From NCBI GenBank assembly GCA_964596875.1, contig CAZQVT010000001.1, positions 42,514 to 106,513 of the forward strand: DNA of 64,000 bases, in the 5' to 3' direction. Position 1 is the first letter of the stretch, and every line of letters starts with the position of its first letter. The DNA comes from an uncultured Candidatus Saccharibacteria bacterium (lineage in GTDB: Bacteria > Patescibacteriota > Minisyncoccia > Phycocordibacterales > DATDWN01). Shown here piece by piece: positions 36,997 to 46,376 of this stretch. A program made the translations under genes and the position numbers. The notes below the pieces were generated by a model that was not told where the DNA came from, did not search any database, and was given only the letters and a program-made list of their open reading frames with translations.

Positions 36997-37209
36997 CTAT
37001 CTTGAAGGCAGGATTGCCTCCAGAAATCTCTGCAGTTCGTTTTCCGGAACGGAGAGTGACGCCGTTTTTGTGCGGGTCAGAAACTCCACCCGGACTTCAT
37101 TGGCACAAGTAGCGCAGGGAGACCCGGTTTGGGTACCGTGCTCGCGAGCGAGACAGCGTGACAATGCAACGCTGTGTACCGAAGCTTCGAAGGCTCCGGA
37201 TGTTTTCAT
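36997..37209 (-). CDS. Orphan protein with C/H/CxxC cluster, GC-rich unit 6
   Basis: TGTTATAGT extended -10, GGAGGTG SD. Confidence 0.7.
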   Translation of the reverse strand: MKTSGAFEASVHSVALSRCLAREHGTQTGSPCATCANEVRVEFLTRTKTASLSVPENELQRFLEAILPSR

Positions 37210-37286
37210 GGACACCTCCGCAAAGCACTATAACACAAAGGAAATTTTTTTCCATTTTTGTTACAATAAAAAAGAAATTTATTTTT

Positions 37287-39542
37287 ATGTATCTAAAGTC
37301 TATTGAACTAAATGGTTTCAAATCTTTCGCTAAAAAAAGCGAACTATCTTTCAATACAAAAGTTTCTGCGATAGTTGGCCCAAATGGTTCGGGCAAGTCA
37401 AATGTTGCCGAAGCCTTTCGTTTTGTTTTGGGTGAACAGTCTATAAAAAGTTTGCGTGGTAAAAAAGGTGAGGACCTTATTTTTAATGGAGCAGGTGACC
37501 TGCCTAGAGCAAACAGGGCTTCGGTAAAAGTAGTTTTCGACAACTCCACAAAGTTTTTACCTGTGGACTTTGAAACTGTCACAGTAGAACGTGTGGTGCA
37601 CCGGGATTCTGTAAACGAGTACCTCATAAACGGCTCCCAGGTCAGACTAAAAGACGTTGTAGAACTTTTGGCATCTGCACATATTGGCTCTAGTGGTCAC
37701 CATATTATTTCCCAGGGTGAGGCAGACAGAATACTGAACGTTAGTCCAAAAGAAAGAAAAAATATGATAGAGGATGCGCTCGGCCTAAAAATGTATCAGT
37801 ACAAAAAAATAGAAAGTCAGAAGAAACTTTTGAAAACAAAAGAAAATATTGAAAAAGTAGAATCTCTTCGCAGAGAAATAATGCCTCATATAAAGTTTCT
37901 CAAAAAGCAGGTAGAAAAAGTAGAAAAGGCTATTCAAATGAAAGAGGAGTTGCAGAAAGAGGCTTTAGAGTATTGTAAGCGTGAAGACGACTACATAAAG
38001 AAAACAGAACAAAAACTGACTACAGAAAAGACACCTCTAACTCATAAACAAAAAGAGTTGGATGATGAACTTTCTCATGCAAAAAGTATTCTAGAGAATG
38101 CAAAAAACAAAGACGGCCTGTCTGACAGACTTATAACTTTGGAAAAAGACTTGCACAGAGCCAGAGATGAAAAAGACGAACTTTTCAGAAACTTTGGAAG
38201 ACTAGATGGAGAAATAAACTCTCTGGTAAAGATGGTCAGAAAACAAGAAGAAGTCGCTCGTTCCATGGAACACAAAACTGTGACCCTGGTTTCTGTGGAG
38301 GAGCTTTCTGTAAAAATAGAAGACAAAATAAAAAAAGCAAAAGAGACAAATGATGTTGGGGTTCTAAGTAGCGCTCTGGATGAAGTGTTTGGACTACTTA
38401 CTGACTTTATCGACTACAACAAAGACAAAGTTGAAAACACCCTTATTGCAGACGTGCAAAAAGATATAGAGCATCTACAAGTTTCTAAAAAAGAACTAGA
38501 AGTAAAACTAGAGAAGGTAAACAACGAAGAAAAAGAACTTTCTGCAGAGTACAGTAAACTTAAAAACGAAATAGAAAAAGAGAAAGATTCAAACCGAGAT
38601 GCGGAAAAGGCCGTGTTTAGAATCATGGCAGAGTCTGGCGAGATACGTTCAAAACTTCATGACATTGCTTTGCACGAGGAAAACCTGAAACTAGTGAAGG
38701 AGGATTTTAAAAGAGAACTTACGGAACTTGGGGTTCTTTTGGGCACACATGTTTTGCAGTTTGGAAACGTAGAGATAGAGAACCTAGACGAAGACAGACA
38801 TTTGCAGGAAGAAAGAAGAAAAAGAATAGAAAAAATAAAAATACGACTAGAGGACTCTGGAGGAGTGCTTGGTACAGAGATACTAAAAGAATACACAGAT
38901 GCCACAGAGCGTGATGCATTTTTGGAAAAAGAACTAGCAGATCTAGAAAACTCGGCTACATCTCTGGGAGTACTCATAAGTGACTTGGATGTAAAACTTG
39001 GTACAGAGTTTAAAAATGGTGTAGAAAAAATCAACAACCAGTTCAAGGAATACTTTGCGATGATGTTTGGTGGAGGTGAAGCAAAACTAGAAGTAGCGGT
39101 TCCAGTAAAAAAGAAAAAAGATACAGATATTGTTTTGGAAGATAGTGAAGGCGAAGAGAATTATGAAGCAGAGGAAACAGAAAGTAGTGAGGGTATAGAC
39201 ATAGAAGTTTCTTTGCCAAAGAAAAAAGTTCGAGGACTTATGATGCTTTCTGGTGGTGAAAGAGCACTGACTTCTATTGCACTTTTGTTTGCTATTTCTC
39301 AGGTAAACCCACCACCGTTTATTATTCTAGACGAAACAGACGCAGCGCTGGATGAAGCAAACTCTAAAAAGTATGCAGATATGATAGAGAATCTTTCGAA
39401 GTATTCTCAGCTTATTGTGATAACTCATAACAGAGAAACAATGTCGCGTGCAGGAATACTTTACGGAGTGACTATGGGTGCGGGCGGGGGGTCAAAACTA
39501 CTTAGTGTTGCCTTTGAGGATGCCGTTGCCGTAGCAAAGTAA
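37287..39542 (+). CDS. smc: SMC-family ATPase, short, no recognisable hinge
   Basis: GFKSF, GPNGSGKSN, ISQG, LSGGE, LDETDAALD, ITH. Confidence 0.9.
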   Translation: MYLKSIELNGFKSFAKKSELSFNTKVSAIVGPNGSGKSNVAEAFRFVLGEQSIKSLRGKKGEDLIFNGAGDLPRANRASVKVVFDNSTKFLPVDFETVTVERVVHRDSVNEYLINGSQVRLKDVVELLASAHIGSSGHHIISQGEADRILNVSPKERKNMIEDALGLKMYQYKKIESQKKLLKTKENIEKVESLRREIMPHIKFLKKQVEKVEKAIQMKEELQKEALEYCKREDDYIKKTEQKLTTEKTPLTHKQKELDDELSHAKSILENAKNKDGLSDRLITLEKDLHRARDEKDELFRNFGRLDGEINSLVKMVRKQEEVARSMEHKTVTLVSVEELSVKIEDKIKKAKETNDVGVLSSALDEVFGLLTDFIDYNKDKVENTLIADVQKDIEHLQVSKKELEVKLEKVNNEEKELSAEYSKLKNEIEKEKDSNRDAEKAVFRIMAESGEIRSKLHDIALHEENLKLVKEDFKRELTELGVLLGTHVLQFGNVEIENLDEDRHLQEERRKRIEKIKIRLEDSGGVLGTEILKEYTDATERDAFLEKELADLENSATSLGVLISDLDVKLGTEFKNGVEKINNQFKEYFAMMFGGGEAKLEVAVPVKKKKDTDIVLEDSEGEENYEAEETESSEGIDIEVSLPKKKVRGLMMLSGGERALTSIALLFAISQVNPPPFIILDETDAALDEANSKKYADMIENLSKYSQLIVITHNRETMSRAGILYGVTMGAGGGSKLLSVAFEDAVAVAK

Positions 39543-39618
39543 AAAGTTTTATAATTTTGAGTTGCAAAAAGGGCGGTCGCTGTTGCGCCGCCCTTCTGGC
39601 TGTGTGAGCTCGCCACGT

Positions 39619-39864
39619 TCAGTGGGCGAGTGACAGTCGGAAGATCCGAACGGGGAAGAGCATCGGCTCGGTGTCACTTCTCATGACTGCCGGGCCGAAG
39701 GGTGTTCTTGAGATGACGACGCTATCGCCACACTGATCTCGCACGACTGCGCGTACGAACAGGCATCTGTCCGCCCCACAGACGATCTCGACCGCTCCGA
39801 AGGGGTGAATCTGATTGACTACATCCCCCGGTGACAGTGTTACCGCTCCTTCGGGCATGCTCAC
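39619..39864 (-). CDS. Orphan protein, GC-rich unit 7
   Basis: TTGCAA-17-CATAAT, GGAGG SD, terminator gggcgg/ccgccc + T5 at 39566-39593. Confidence 0.7.
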   Translation of the reverse strand: MSMPEGAVTLSPGDVVNQIHPFGAVEIVCGADRCLFVRAVVRDQCGDSVVISRTPFGPAVMRSDTEPMLFPVRIFRLSLAH

Positions 39865-39916
39865 ATTGGGCCTCCAACGAAGTATTATGCAATAGTATCA
39901 AATATATTGCAAGTAA

Positions 39917-41854
39917 CTATTTATCTTCAGAAACTATCGCGTAATCCAGAACTCTCTTTTCCATGTCTGCACCAACAACTTTGAATTTTATTTTGTCACC
40001 GAGTGTAAACTTCTTGCCAGTCTTTTCGCCTTTTATTGTGTAGTTCTTTTCATCTAGAGTATAGAAGTCGTCACCTAGGTCTCGGATTTTTATCATTCCT
40101 TCACATTTTGTATCTACTTCTTCTATATATATGCCCCACTCGACAACACCTGTTATAGAACCTTCAAACTCTTCGCCTATGTGGTTTAGCATGTACTCAA
40201 CTTGTTTGTATTTTATACTTGCTCTTTCTGCTTCGGATGCTTTTTTCTCCAGTTCAGAAGATGCCAAACAGATTCTTTCAAACTTTGTGTATTCATCTAC
40301 TTCTATTTTTCCACCCTTTAGTTCTCGTTCTAGAAAACGGTGTACCAAAACATCTGGGTATCTACGGATAGGGGAAGTAAAGTGTGTGTAGTAAGCAAAT
40401 GCTAGTGAAAAGTGCCCAATATTTTTTGTAGAGTATGTTGCTTTTGCCATACTTCGGATAACCGCTGTGTTTATGAGTTCCTCGTTTGGAGTTCCTTTTA
40501 CTTCTGCCAAAAGTTTATTTAGGTCACGAGAAGTTACTGCACCTTCGTTGTTGTTTAGTTCAAAACCCATCGCTTTTAGAAATATTGCTAGGTTTTGTAT
40601 GCGGTCTTTGTCTGGAGTAGGGTGGATACGATACACAGACTGTGAACCTTTTTTCTTTATGTCCTGAGTTTGTGACATGAAAATATGTTTTGCTACAGCA
40701 CGGTTTGCAAGCAGCATGTATTCCTCTACGAGCTTGTGTGTATCAAGTCTGCTTTTCTTGTAAACACTTATTGGTTTACCTTTTTCATCCAAAACAAACT
40801 TTACTTCTTCGGTTTCAAAAACCATTGCGCCGTTTGCAGTTTTCTTCTTTTCAAGTTTTTTTGCAATTTCGTTTAGTTTGCGAAGTTCAGGCTGGTATGG
40901 TCCGTCCTGTTTTCCAAGTATCACATCGTTTGCGTCTTCGTATGTAAATCTTTTGTTGCTGTGTATCACAGTTCTACCAAACCACTCTTCTAGAACTTCT
41001 CCACTTCCATTTAGTTTAAACACTGCAGAGAAAGTAAACTTGTCTTCGTTCGGGTTTAGGGAACATAGGTCATTTGAAAGTATTTCAGGAAGCATTGGAA
41101 TAGTTCGGTCTACGAGGTAAACAGAGAGTCCTCTTTTTTCTGACTCTCGGTCTAGTTCTGTTCCTGGTGTTACAAAGTGCGACACATCCGCGATGTGAAC
41201 GCCTATCTCGAAAGTATCGTTTCCAAGGTCTACAAAAGATATAGCATCGTCAAAGTCTTTGGCATCAAAAGGGTCGATAGTCATGGTAGTGACGTCTCGC
41301 ATGTCCCGTCTGTTTTTTATCTCATCCTCAAATCCGTTTTTGTATTCTCGCTTTATTTTCTCTGCTTCTTGTTCAACAGCAGGAGGGAACTCGATTCTAA
41401 AACCTTTTTCCAAAACGATTGCTTCCATTTCGGTATTGTTTTCACCTTTTTGACCGATAATTTTCAAAACTTCTCCGGTAAGTGTGTCCCAGTCTACTAT
41501 TTTTACGAGAACTTTTTCGTTGTCATCTACTTTTGTAGTTTCTGGTAGGAAAATATCTACATATAGTCTTTGGTCGTCAGGCATTACAAAAGTCTTGCCG
41601 TCTTTTCTTTTTACGACACCAACAAACTCTTCTTTTGCGCGTTGTATAACTTTTACAACCTTACCTTGAACACGATTTTTGATTTTCTCACCAGTTAGTT
41701 CTATTTCTACCGTGTCGCCGTGCAGTGCTCGGTTCACATCTTTTGGTTGGATTTCAATATTGTTCTCGCGGTTCTTTTCTTCTGGGTTAGGATCGAAAAA
41801 ACCAACACCTTTTGTGTTTATGCTGATCGGTCCTATTAAGGAGTCCTTTTTCAT
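39917..41854 (-). CDS. rnr: Ribonuclease R
   Basis: TIDP.DAKDFDDA, VHIADVS, YTHFTSPIRRYPD, S1 domain. Confidence 0.96.
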   Translation of the reverse strand: MKKDSLIGPISINTKGVGFFDPNPEEKNRENNIEIQPKDVNRALHGDTVEIELTGEKIKNRVQGKVVKVIQRAKEEFVGVVKRKDGKTFVMPDDQRLYVDIFLPETTKVDDNEKVLVKIVDWDTLTGEVLKIIGQKGENNTEMEAIVLEKGFRIEFPPAVEQEAEKIKREYKNGFEDEIKNRRDMRDVTTMTIDPFDAKDFDDAISFVDLGNDTFEIGVHIADVSHFVTPGTELDRESEKRGLSVYLVDRTIPMLPEILSNDLCSLNPNEDKFTFSAVFKLNGSGEVLEEWFGRTVIHSNKRFTYEDANDVILGKQDGPYQPELRKLNEIAKKLEKKKTANGAMVFETEEVKFVLDEKGKPISVYKKSRLDTHKLVEEYMLLANRAVAKHIFMSQTQDIKKKGSQSVYRIHPTPDKDRIQNLAIFLKAMGFELNNNEGAVTSRDLNKLLAEVKGTPNEELINTAVIRSMAKATYSTKNIGHFSLAFAYYTHFTSPIRRYPDVLVHRFLERELKGGKIEVDEYTKFERICLASSELEKKASEAERASIKYKQVEYMLNHIGEEFEGSITGVVEWGIYIEEVDTKCEGMIKIRDLGDDFYTLDEKNYTIKGEKTGKKFTLGDKIKFKVVGADMEKRVLDYAIVSEDK

Positions 41855-41922
41855 AAGTAGCCATATACTAGCAAATCCTTTTGTATTTGACCATTTTGAC
41901 CTATTCTGTTAGTATATAGCCC

Positions 41923-42315
41923 ATGTTAAAAATACGATTACAACGAGTAGGAAGAAAGCACGAACCATCATTTCGTCTAGTTCTTACTGACTCAAAAAAC
42001 TCAACAAAAAGTGGTAGATACCTAGAAACACTAGGAAACTATGATGCAAGAAGAGGCGAGAAGTCAGAATTCAAAAATGACAGAATCACTTACTGGGTTT
42101 CAAAGGGAGCACAACTTTCAGGAACAGTTCACAACTTACTAATAGACAAAAAAGTAGTTTCAGGAAAGAAAATAAACGTTCTTCCTCTTAAAAAGGCAAT
42201 CGTAAAAGACGCCCCAGCAGAAGCACCAGTAGCAGAGGCCCCAGCACCTGCGGCAGAAGTAGTAGCAGAAGCACCAGCTGAAGCTCCAGCAGTCGAAGAA
42301 ACTCCAGCACAATAG
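41923..42315 (+). CDS. rpsP: 30S ribosomal protein S16 with Ala/Pro/Glu tail
   Basis: MLKIRLQRVGRK, LG.YD, W.SKGAQ. Confidence 0.96.
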   Translation: MLKIRLQRVGRKHEPSFRLVLTDSKNSTKSGRYLETLGNYDARRGEKSEFKNDRITYWVSKGAQLSGTVHNLLIDKKVVSGKKINVLPLKKAIVKDAPAEAPVAEAPAPAAEVVAEAPAEAPAVEETPAQ

Positions 42316-42404
42316 TCATTTTGGTCTAACAACTTGTTTGACCGACCTCTATATAGATTATAGAATTATTACTGTAGGACTTTAAAATTAACTGAATTGA
42401 ACAT

Positions 42405-42722
42405 ATGGAAACTGACGTAAAATTTTTGGAATTTGTAGTAAAAGCGCTAGTTGAAAAGCCAGAAGACGTAAAGATAAATAGAACAGTAGACGAAATGGGA
42501 GTTCTCATGACTCTAGATGTAAACAAGGACGATATGGGTAAAATCATCGGCCGAGAGGGAAACACAGCAAAGGCCATCAGAACACTTTTGCGAGTAGTAG
42601 GAATGAAAAACAACGCTCGAGTAAACCTAAAGATAAACGAGCCAGCAGATATGATGGGGGAGGCGAAAAGTACGAGTTCATCTAAATCTCTAGACGAGGC
42701 GATGAACGATCTAAACCTTTAA
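42405..42722 (+). CDS. khpA: KH-domain RNA-binding protein (KhpA/YlqC)
   Basis: DMGKIIGREG.TA.AIRT; rpsP-trmD context. Confidence 0.9.
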   Translation: METDVKFLEFVVKALVEKPEDVKINRTVDEMGVLMTLDVNKDDMGKIIGREGNTAKAIRTLLRVVGMKNNARVNLKINEPADMMGEAKSTSSSKSLDEAMNDLNL

Positions 42723-42837
42723 TTTAAGCGAACTCCTTTGTTAAAACAAAAAAATACTTCTCACCTTACTAGTATGTAAGGCTCGAAGTATTTTTTTTGT
42801 TTTGCCTCGGATTTCATCTTAAATAAAAGGTTTAGAT
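42709..42837 (+). repeat. Family A hairpin element, copy 6
   Basis: atctaaaccttt...tcaccttactagtatgtaaggctcg...aaaggtttagat. Confidence 0.85.
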
Positions 42838-42878
42838 TTACATTTTACTAAATAGTATTTTTATGTTATAAAAATGCT

Positions 42879-43529
42879 ATGAATTTCCATATAATCAGTT
42901 TGTTCCCAAACGCCTTTGACTCATACCTAAATGAGTCTATTATTTCGCGGGCGATAGAAGACAAGAAAATAAAAGTTTCATTCTATAACCCTAGGGACTT
43001 TTCTGACGACAAATGGAAAAGAGTAGACCAGAAACCATACAGTGGAGGACCAGGCATGGTTATCCAAGCATTGCCAACTATAAAAGCGATAGCAAAATCT
43101 ATTTCTAAAATAAAAAATAAAAAAGCGAAAATAAAAATCGTTTGGTTTACTCCTGGAGGAAAACAGTTCGATACCGCGTATGCAAAAAAGGTTTCTAAAA
43201 CATATACAGATATTATTTTTGTGTGTGGTAGATACGAGGGGATAGATAGTCGAGTGAAAAAAGTTTTTAAGGTGGATGAAGTTTCTGTTGGCCCTTTTGT
43301 TTTAACTGGTGGGGAGTTGCCGGCTATGATTATGCTCGACTGCGTTGCGCGACAAGTGAAGGGGGTATTGGGGAACTTTGATTCGCTAGAAGAGTCTAGG
43401 GTATCGAGCCATGATGTGTATACTCGTCCAGAAGTTTTTGAATACAAAAATAAAAAATACAAAGTACCACGTGTGTTACTTTCAGGTAATCACGCTGAAA
43501 TTGAAAAGTGGAAGAAGAGTAGATCATAA
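42879..43529 (+). CDS. trmD: tRNA (guanine-N1)-methyltransferase
   Basis: PYSGGPGM, CGRYEGID.R, VLTGGE, LLSGNH. Confidence 0.96.
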   Translation: MNFHIISLFPNAFDSYLNESIISRAIEDKKIKVSFYNPRDFSDDKWKRVDQKPYSGGPGMVIQALPTIKAIAKSISKIKNKKAKIKIVWFTPGGKQFDTAYAKKVSKTYTDIIFVCGRYEGIDSRVKKVFKVDEVSVGPFVLTGGELPAMIMLDCVARQVKGVLGNFDSLEESRVSSHDVYTRPEVFEYKNKKYKVPRVLLSGNHAEIEKWKKSRS

Positions 43530-43545
43530 AAAGTTTTGTTTTCCG

Positions 43546-43641
43546 GTGAGAAGTGATGTTATCACTTCGCAAGACCTTGCCAAATTTTTCTAGAACGAAG
43601 TGATTAGAAAAATAGACAAGGTGTACTGTTCCTGTAAGGAA
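43546..43641 (+). repeat. Family D structured element flanked by a 10-bp direct repeat
   Basis: Same scaffold as 33432; atcataaaaa at 43523 and 43642. Confidence 0.85.
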
Positions 43642-43732
43642 ATCATAAAAAAATAGAGGAGTGGAAACTAGGTAAAGGCAAAAAATAACTCCTACAGAAA
43701 AACCCGCGAGTGCGACAGAGTTTCTCTGCCGC

Positions 43733-43912
43733 CTACGCGGGCTGGAGCTCGTTGACCTTTCTGGTCTTGAGCCGTGCTTTTGCTTGTTTTCTTTTGACCT
43801 CACTCATCATCCTTTCTTGCTGTATCTCTGCGATGATTGCGTCGAGTCTGCCGAGCATTCGTGCTCCCCAGAGTCTTTCGCGGATGATCTGCTCTTTTGC
43901 TTGTCGAGTCAT
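43733..43912 (-). CDS. 59-aa basic orphan protein (not in ORF track), GC-rich unit 8a
   Basis: TTGACA-17-TATATT, AAGGAGG SD, MTRQAKEQIIRERLWGARMLGRLD...; terminator at 43697-43742. Confidence 0.75.
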   Translation of the reverse strand: MTRQAKEQIIRERLWGARMLGRLDAIIAEIQQERMMSEVKRKQAKARLKTRKVNELQPA

Positions 43913-44037
43913 ATGGCCTCCTTATCCACCTGCAATTAATATACAGTAAATACTGTATATTGTCAAATTTGAGAAAGGCCGCGCTCCTCTCGGTTCGCGG
44001 CCTTGTTCGGGTGGGGGACTTTCTCGTCCCCGCCGGT

Positions 44038-44421
44038 TTACTTCTTTCGCTTCTTCCTCGCTTTCTGCTTGCGCGCACTTCCGATAGTAGTGCTGCTACC
44101 CAGCCACCGTTTGGGACTGAGTTTGGCGAGTTCCATCACGCACATGAAGGCGTAGATGGTGACATCGCCCACATGCTTGAACGAGTCGAGGTCCCAACAC
44201 TTGACCGCCTTGGCCATCGCCCCGACTGTCTTGTACTGGGAGTAGTGTCTCTTCACCACCTTGTTCAGGCGGGTGACGGCGGAGGTGTGTCCGCACTCGA
44301 GCTTCTGGTTCACCTGCCGGCGAGTCAGTTTGAACTCTCCGATGGTTAGAACCACCGCGTTCTGTCTGTCGGCGTAGGCCTTGCTTACCGGATGTCTGAA
44401 ACCCTCACTCTTCCTCGGCAT
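44038..44421 (-). CDS. Basic orphan protein, possible alpha-CTD/HhH-like fold, GC-rich unit 8b
   Basis: TTGACA-16-TATAAT, GGAGG SD, two downstream hairpins. Confidence 0.75.
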   Translation of the reverse strand: MPRKSEGFRHPVSKAYADRQNAVVLTIGEFKLTRRQVNQKLECGHTSAVTRLNKVVKRHYSQYKTVGAMAKAVKCWDLDSFKHVGDVTIYAFMCVMELAKLSPKRWLGSSTTIGSARKQKARKKRKK

Positions 44422-44524
44422 TCGTTGATGCCCTCCGATTAGTATTATAGCACATACAACATATTTGTCAAGTATAAAATATAACAAATTGTTTTGAATT
44501 TTTTATATCTGTTACAATGTTTCA

Positions 44525-46219
44525 ATGCTTCAGTCACAGGCTTTAGATATATTAAAAATGGGTAAAAATGTTTTTCTAACTGGCCCTGCCGGTTCAGGAA
44601 AAACTTTTGTTATAAACGAGTATGTAAAATATTTGCGTGAACACGCTGTGGATGTTGCCGTGACTGCATCTACTGGTATCGCTGCCACACATATCGGTGG
44701 TATGACTATACACTCGTGGTCTGGTCTTGGAATACGCGACACTTTGACTGACTATGACATAGACGACCTCATGGAGCGACAATATTTGTATAAAAGATTT
44801 AACAAGACAAAAGTTTTGATTATTGACGAGGTTTCAATGCTACACAACTTTCGTTTAGACCTTATTGAGTGGATCTGTCGACAGATGAAGCATAGCGAAA
44901 AACCTTTTGGTGGTATGCAGATTATTTTGTGTGGAGATTTTTTTCAGTTGCCACCAGTAACTCGTAGTGGAAACGTAAGATTTACAGACGAACCTTTTGG
45001 ACAAACAGTAGAGTCTGAGTTTGCATACAAGTCACAGAGTTTTCTTTCATCGCAGTTTGTTGTTTGTTATCTAGAGGAACAGCACAGACAAAAAGACAAT
45101 ACATATTTGGGTATCCTAAACCAGATTCGTGAAAACAGAGTTTCGTCTCGAACAATGGAACTTTTGAAATCTAGAATAAACGTCGCAACCGATGTTTCTG
45201 GAAACGCGACTAGGCTCTATACCCACAATATAGATGTAGATGCTGTAAACAAAAAACATCTAGATCTAATTTCTGCAACATCAAAAAAGTTTTATATGAA
45301 AAGTCATGGCTCTGGAGGTTTGGCAGAAACTTTGAAAAAAAGTTGTCTGTCGCCAGAAGAGTTGGAACTAAAAGTCGGCGCGAAAGTAATGTTTACAAAA
45401 AACCATCCCGAAGGTTTGTATGTAAATGGAACTTTGGGTGTTGTAAAAGAGTTCAACTCTTTTGGTGAGCCTGTAGTGGTTACGACAGGTGGTATGGAAA
45501 TATCTGTGGTTGAACAGTCTTGGAAAATAGAAGAAGAAGGAAAAGTAAAAGCAGAAATCTCCCAGTATCCTTTGCGTTTGGCGTGGGCGATAACAGTTCA
45601 CAAAAGTCAGGGAATGTCACTCGACAGTATGGAAGTAGATCTTTCAAAATCTTTTGTAAAAGGTATGGGCTATGTGGCATTGTCTCGTGTTCGTTCACTA
45701 GAAGGCATGAAACTTTTAGGTTTCAACGAAATGTCGCTTTTGGTAGACCCTGAAGTTTTGGATATGGATAAAAAGTTCAGAGACCTTTCGGTAGACGCTG
45801 TAAACGACTTGAAAGATTTAAGTAAAAAACAAATAGTGGAAGCACAGAGTGCGTGGCTTAAAAAAATCGAACCAGAAGAAAAAGTAAAAATAAAAAAGAA
45901 AGAAAAAGAACTGAAAAAAAGTACTCACGAGATAACTTTAGAAATGCTAGAAAATGAAACTCCTTTGTCGCAGATAGCAAAAGCTCGTGGTGTAAAGGAG
46001 GAAACCATAGTTTCACATATAGAAGACTTGAAGGCAGAAAACAAATGTCCAGATGTGAACTATCTAAAAAGGGAACTAAAGCGTGGGGAACTAGACGACA
46101 TTTTGGATGCTTTTCATGACTGCAACACAACTACTCTTGCTCCCGTTTACAACTACCTAATTCGCAAAAAGAAGAAGCCGAATTATCTAAAGATACGTAT
46201 AGCCCGCCTATTCCTGTAA
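44525..46219 (+). CDS. Pif1-family (SF1B) helicase with C-terminal HTH
   Basis: GPAGSGKT, IIDEVSM, GDFFQLPPV, AWAITVHKSQGMS, YVALSR. Confidence 0.92.
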   Translation: MLQSQALDILKMGKNVFLTGPAGSGKTFVINEYVKYLREHAVDVAVTASTGIAATHIGGMTIHSWSGLGIRDTLTDYDIDDLMERQYLYKRFNKTKVLIIDEVSMLHNFRLDLIEWICRQMKHSEKPFGGMQIILCGDFFQLPPVTRSGNVRFTDEPFGQTVESEFAYKSQSFLSSQFVVCYLEEQHRQKDNTYLGILNQIRENRVSSRTMELLKSRINVATDVSGNATRLYTHNIDVDAVNKKHLDLISATSKKFYMKSHGSGGLAETLKKSCLSPEELELKVGAKVMFTKNHPEGLYVNGTLGVVKEFNSFGEPVVVTTGGMEISVVEQSWKIEEEGKVKAEISQYPLRLAWAITVHKSQGMSLDSMEVDLSKSFVKGMGYVALSRVRSLEGMKLLGFNEMSLLVDPEVLDMDKKFRDLSVDAVNDLKDLSKKQIVEAQSAWLKKIEPEEKVKIKKKEKELKKSTHEITLEMLENETPLSQIAKARGVKEETIVSHIEDLKAENKCPDVNYLKRELKRGELDDILDAFHDCNTTTLAPVYNYLIRKKKKPNYLKIRIARLFL

Positions 46220-46340
46220 AAACTCCAAATTTGGCTAATCTCATCGTCTAAATTTTACAAATCTTCCTCACCTTACTATCTGTAAGGCTTGTCATATTTG
46301 TAAAATTTATACGCGACCTTATCTCAAATTTTTAGTTTTT
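46217..46340 (+). repeat. Family A hairpin element, copy 7
   Basis: tcaccttactatctgtaaggct apex, long flanking stems. Confidence 0.85.
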
Positions 46341-46376
46341 TAAGAACGATATTCGATAGTGTGGTAAAATTGTATT

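Noticed and set aside
42210-42312. gcagaagcacca-type tandem repeats in rpsP
   Set aside because: Simply encode the low-complexity Ala/Pro/Glu tail common on S16.
43800-44349. ORFs 43800-44078(-), 43897-44349(+) and 43710-43949(+)
   Set aside because: They cross promoter and terminator boundaries and lack initiation signals; the SD-led ORFs 43733-43912 and 44038-44421 explain the region better.
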